A stretch of 64,000 bases of DNA, taken from contig NC_091469.1 of the NCBI RefSeq assembly GCF_036971445.1, positions 159,526,001 through 159,590,000 of the forward strand, written 5' to 3'. Below are positions 63,881 through 64,000 of this stretch, piece after piece. This stretch comes from Narcine bancroftii (Eukaryota). The position numbers and the translations under genes are program-made. The notes beneath the pieces were generated by a model, which saw nothing but the letters and a program-made list of their open reading frames with translations, had not been told where the DNA came from and made no database searches. The first letter of the stretch is position 1, and the number at the start of each line of letters is the position of its first letter.

Positions 63881-64000
63881 GTTGATCCCATTCCTTCATC
63901 AAAGTAAAATAAACATTTGAAAAGTATATTTATCTGCAGAATGTATTTTGGAAAATTGGCTTACATGTGAGTTCTGGTAAATATTAGAAATATCTTTCCT

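Overview
Eukaryotic, repeat-dense vertebrate genomic DNA. The repeat mix (many CR1 LINE families, tRNA-head V-SINE/HE1-like SINEs, Rex1/Babar, Penelope, L1/Tx1, RTE, Gypsy, hAT) suggests a cartilaginous fish; this is an inference. Most ORF-track entries are TE fragments or noise. The only host-gene signal is a + strand Ig-superfamily receptor locus. It has a clean phase-1/1 transmembrane exon (16647-16736) and two phase-1/1 V-set exons. V1 (21999-22391) is Siglec-15-like, keeps the sialic-acid Arg but has lost the F-strand Cys. V2 (25163-25558) has a very long F-G loop. A YxNV-type terminal exon may lie at 41172-41206. The TM exon sits upstream of the V exons, which points to rearrangement. 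Two L1 halves (1-1032 minus; ~18440-19729 plus), each abutting the same 46-bp satellite, share a 14-bp target-site duplication, implying an inversion or inverted duplication of at least 18 kb. A 2.3/3.0-kb block is also duplicated (13576-15918 / 33571-36524). Other notable structures: a twin-primed (5'-inverted) L1, a CR1 with an open ORF2 carrying an in-frame RT-core deletion, nested TE insertions with TSDs, and hammerhead-like motifs at Penelope ends. TE boundaries are by eye and approximate unless a junction is quoted.
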